Assembly (NCBI RefSeq): GCF_009914755.1
Contig: NC_060947.1
Source: the human T2T-CHM13v2.0 reference genome, Homo sapiens
Direction: 5' to 3' (one strand)
Length of the DNA: 64,000 nucleotides
In this document: one piece after another, positions 54,179 through 64,000 of the stretch
Layout: every line of letters begins with the position of its first letter
Position numbering within the stretch: the first letter of the stretch is position 1
Position numbers and translations under genes: made by a program
The notes under the pieces: generated by a model
What the model saw: only the letters and a program-made list of their open reading frames with translations
Database searches by the model: none
Told to the model about the DNA's origin: nothing

Positions 54179-55076
54179 GTTAAGCCAATATATTTCCTCT
54201 CCTTTAAGAGGCAGCTTATGGCTGGTGCTGGTGTTGGCTCTGATTCGAACAAAACTAATTGTGTCAAACCAAGTGGTTTGACATCCTTAAGGGTCTAGCA
54301 GAATTCCTGGCCCTGTTTCTGAATGATTTTACGATGTCACCAGAGTGCAATGCTGATTTCAGCACTGCCATTCACTTATGTCCTTCAGGTTTCTGGATCA
54401 TTCTAGCTCTCTCTGCCTAACCATAACTGTCACCAGACAGGCAGGGTTTACAATGACTGCGTAGGTGATTTCAGCGCATTATCTTATTTCTTTTAACGTA
54501 CGTTTCTGCCATTATCTTGAGCCTAGTTTTGTTGTTGTTTTTTTTTTTTAACAAGACCTTAACAAGAACAAACATTGTCTTTTTAAGGGGAGAACGGCTG
54601 TAGAATTGCGGGACTGGAGGAAGGCAGCAACAGGCCATCATGAAAAGTTTAGAGAAGAAGTGGCCACCCTTGGGTATCAATTAAAGAAAATGGTTGAGAG
54701 TTTCTCCTGATGTTCTGCATAGTACAGCTCAACTCAATCAAGAAGCAGTCCCTAAAAGGCAGACAGTAACTGTTCAATTGAATTGATTGGGGATGGATGG
54801 ATGAGTAACAAAAATTGGCCTTAAGTGGAACCCACATATCCCACACATGTATAGCAATTCAGAGTTTATTCAACCAAATTCTGTGGCCACAGATACAAAA
54901 TCACTTGATTTAGCCACACTGTGATGACGGACTCTTCCTTCATTATGTGAATCGCTATTATGCCTTCATGATAATATCTAAGATGAGTTTGGGATGAAAA
55001 GGTAACAATGACATAAACTGACTCATAGGCTTAGGTAGCGGTTGGGCAACAGGGTAGAAGAATGACTCAAAAATTA

Positions 55077-59076
<4,000 letters not shown>

Positions 59077-59704
59077 TCAAAGATACTCTGCACATATTTC
59101 AGCAGAGCCAGGGAAAATCAGTAAGTCAGGCCGCTAGAAAGAGCTGCTCAACCTTAGGGATAGTTCTAGCTGGTTGGGGGCAAGAGGATTCAGTGTAACA
59201 AATGCCTTTCCGCAGGGGTCCCTTCTCCCCTTATGCTCACATTAGAATTTTCCCTTGACCTATTGAATGATGGAAGAGAAATCCCTGCTGGCCAGTTTCA
59301 CATGAGCTTCTCACAACTCGAAGAGGGAATGAGTGCCAGGCTCACATTTATTTACGTAGTCCTGGGAAATGTGTTTTGCACATATTTCTTACTTAAATAC
59401 GTATTTCTTATTTAAATCAACCTACATGTAAAAAATACTGATTTCCTTTTACAAAGAGGAATTTGAGGCTCAGAGAGTTGAAGTTATTTCCTGAGGTCGC
59501 GCTAGTTACTGGGAAAACGGAGTTCCAATATTCAGGCCCTCAAATCCCAGTACCTATTTCAAATGACTCTGATATATTCTGTATTTCTGAAATTCAGAAA
59601 ATTCAATAGAGGGTAGCCCACTTGGAGAAGGAACAAGATGTACACCACAGCAGCAAGGGGAGGGGGGAGGCTACGCAGATCTAGCAGAACACCTAGAGAT
59701 CTTA

Positions 59705-63741
<4,037 letters not shown>

Positions 63742-64000
63742 TTCTACTTCTGTCATTCCTTCTTCATTTTTACCTTTAAAAAAAATTATTCATTAGCCTC
63801 TCCATTCAGAGTACAACTTCTTCATTTTTAAACTGAAATACTTCCATAGAGAGAAAATTTCCCTCATTCACTATGTGGTCACCTTGAGGTCAGTTTGTAT
63901 AAGAAAAGCAAGAAAGGAAGTTACCTTCTTGATTCTTTCCCTTTATTTATTAGTTGTTGTTGTTTTGTTGTTGTTGTTTAATAAGGTTCTTGAGGCCAGG

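Overview
Primate (human-like; AluY, L1PA and THE1 present) repeat-dense genomic DNA with no recognisable protein-coding exon. Nearly all ORFs in the track come from Alu, L1, LTR, low-complexity or tandem-repeat sequence. The main unexplained feature is an old, highly degenerate 21-bp tandem array (consensus about TTTGAGAC[T/C/A]CTTCCTGA[C/T][A/T/G]T[G/A]). It spans ~6.0-35.8 kb and keeps roughly 9-10 kb by eye after removing inserted Alu, L1 and LTR elements. It lies in three blocks oriented forward, reverse, forward. The reverse block is explained by a ~13.3-kb Alu-Alu inversion (~10303-23649), shown by swapped target-site duplications and an L1MA split across both breakpoints. The array has higher-order structure, codon-like variation (F-E-T-L-P-D-hydrophobic heptad) and a p53-family half-site/forkhead-like motif in each unit. 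Other features: MER85 with the CSB-PGBD3 palindrome, a 1.3-kb AT-rich self-complementary expansion, MER41/MER51/THE1/MST LTRs, an unidentified retrocopy 3' end, an internally duplicated Charlie1 element with a 35-nt U2 pseudogene, and a few candidate enhancers. Repeat subfamily names are from recall of consensus sequences and boundaries are approximate.
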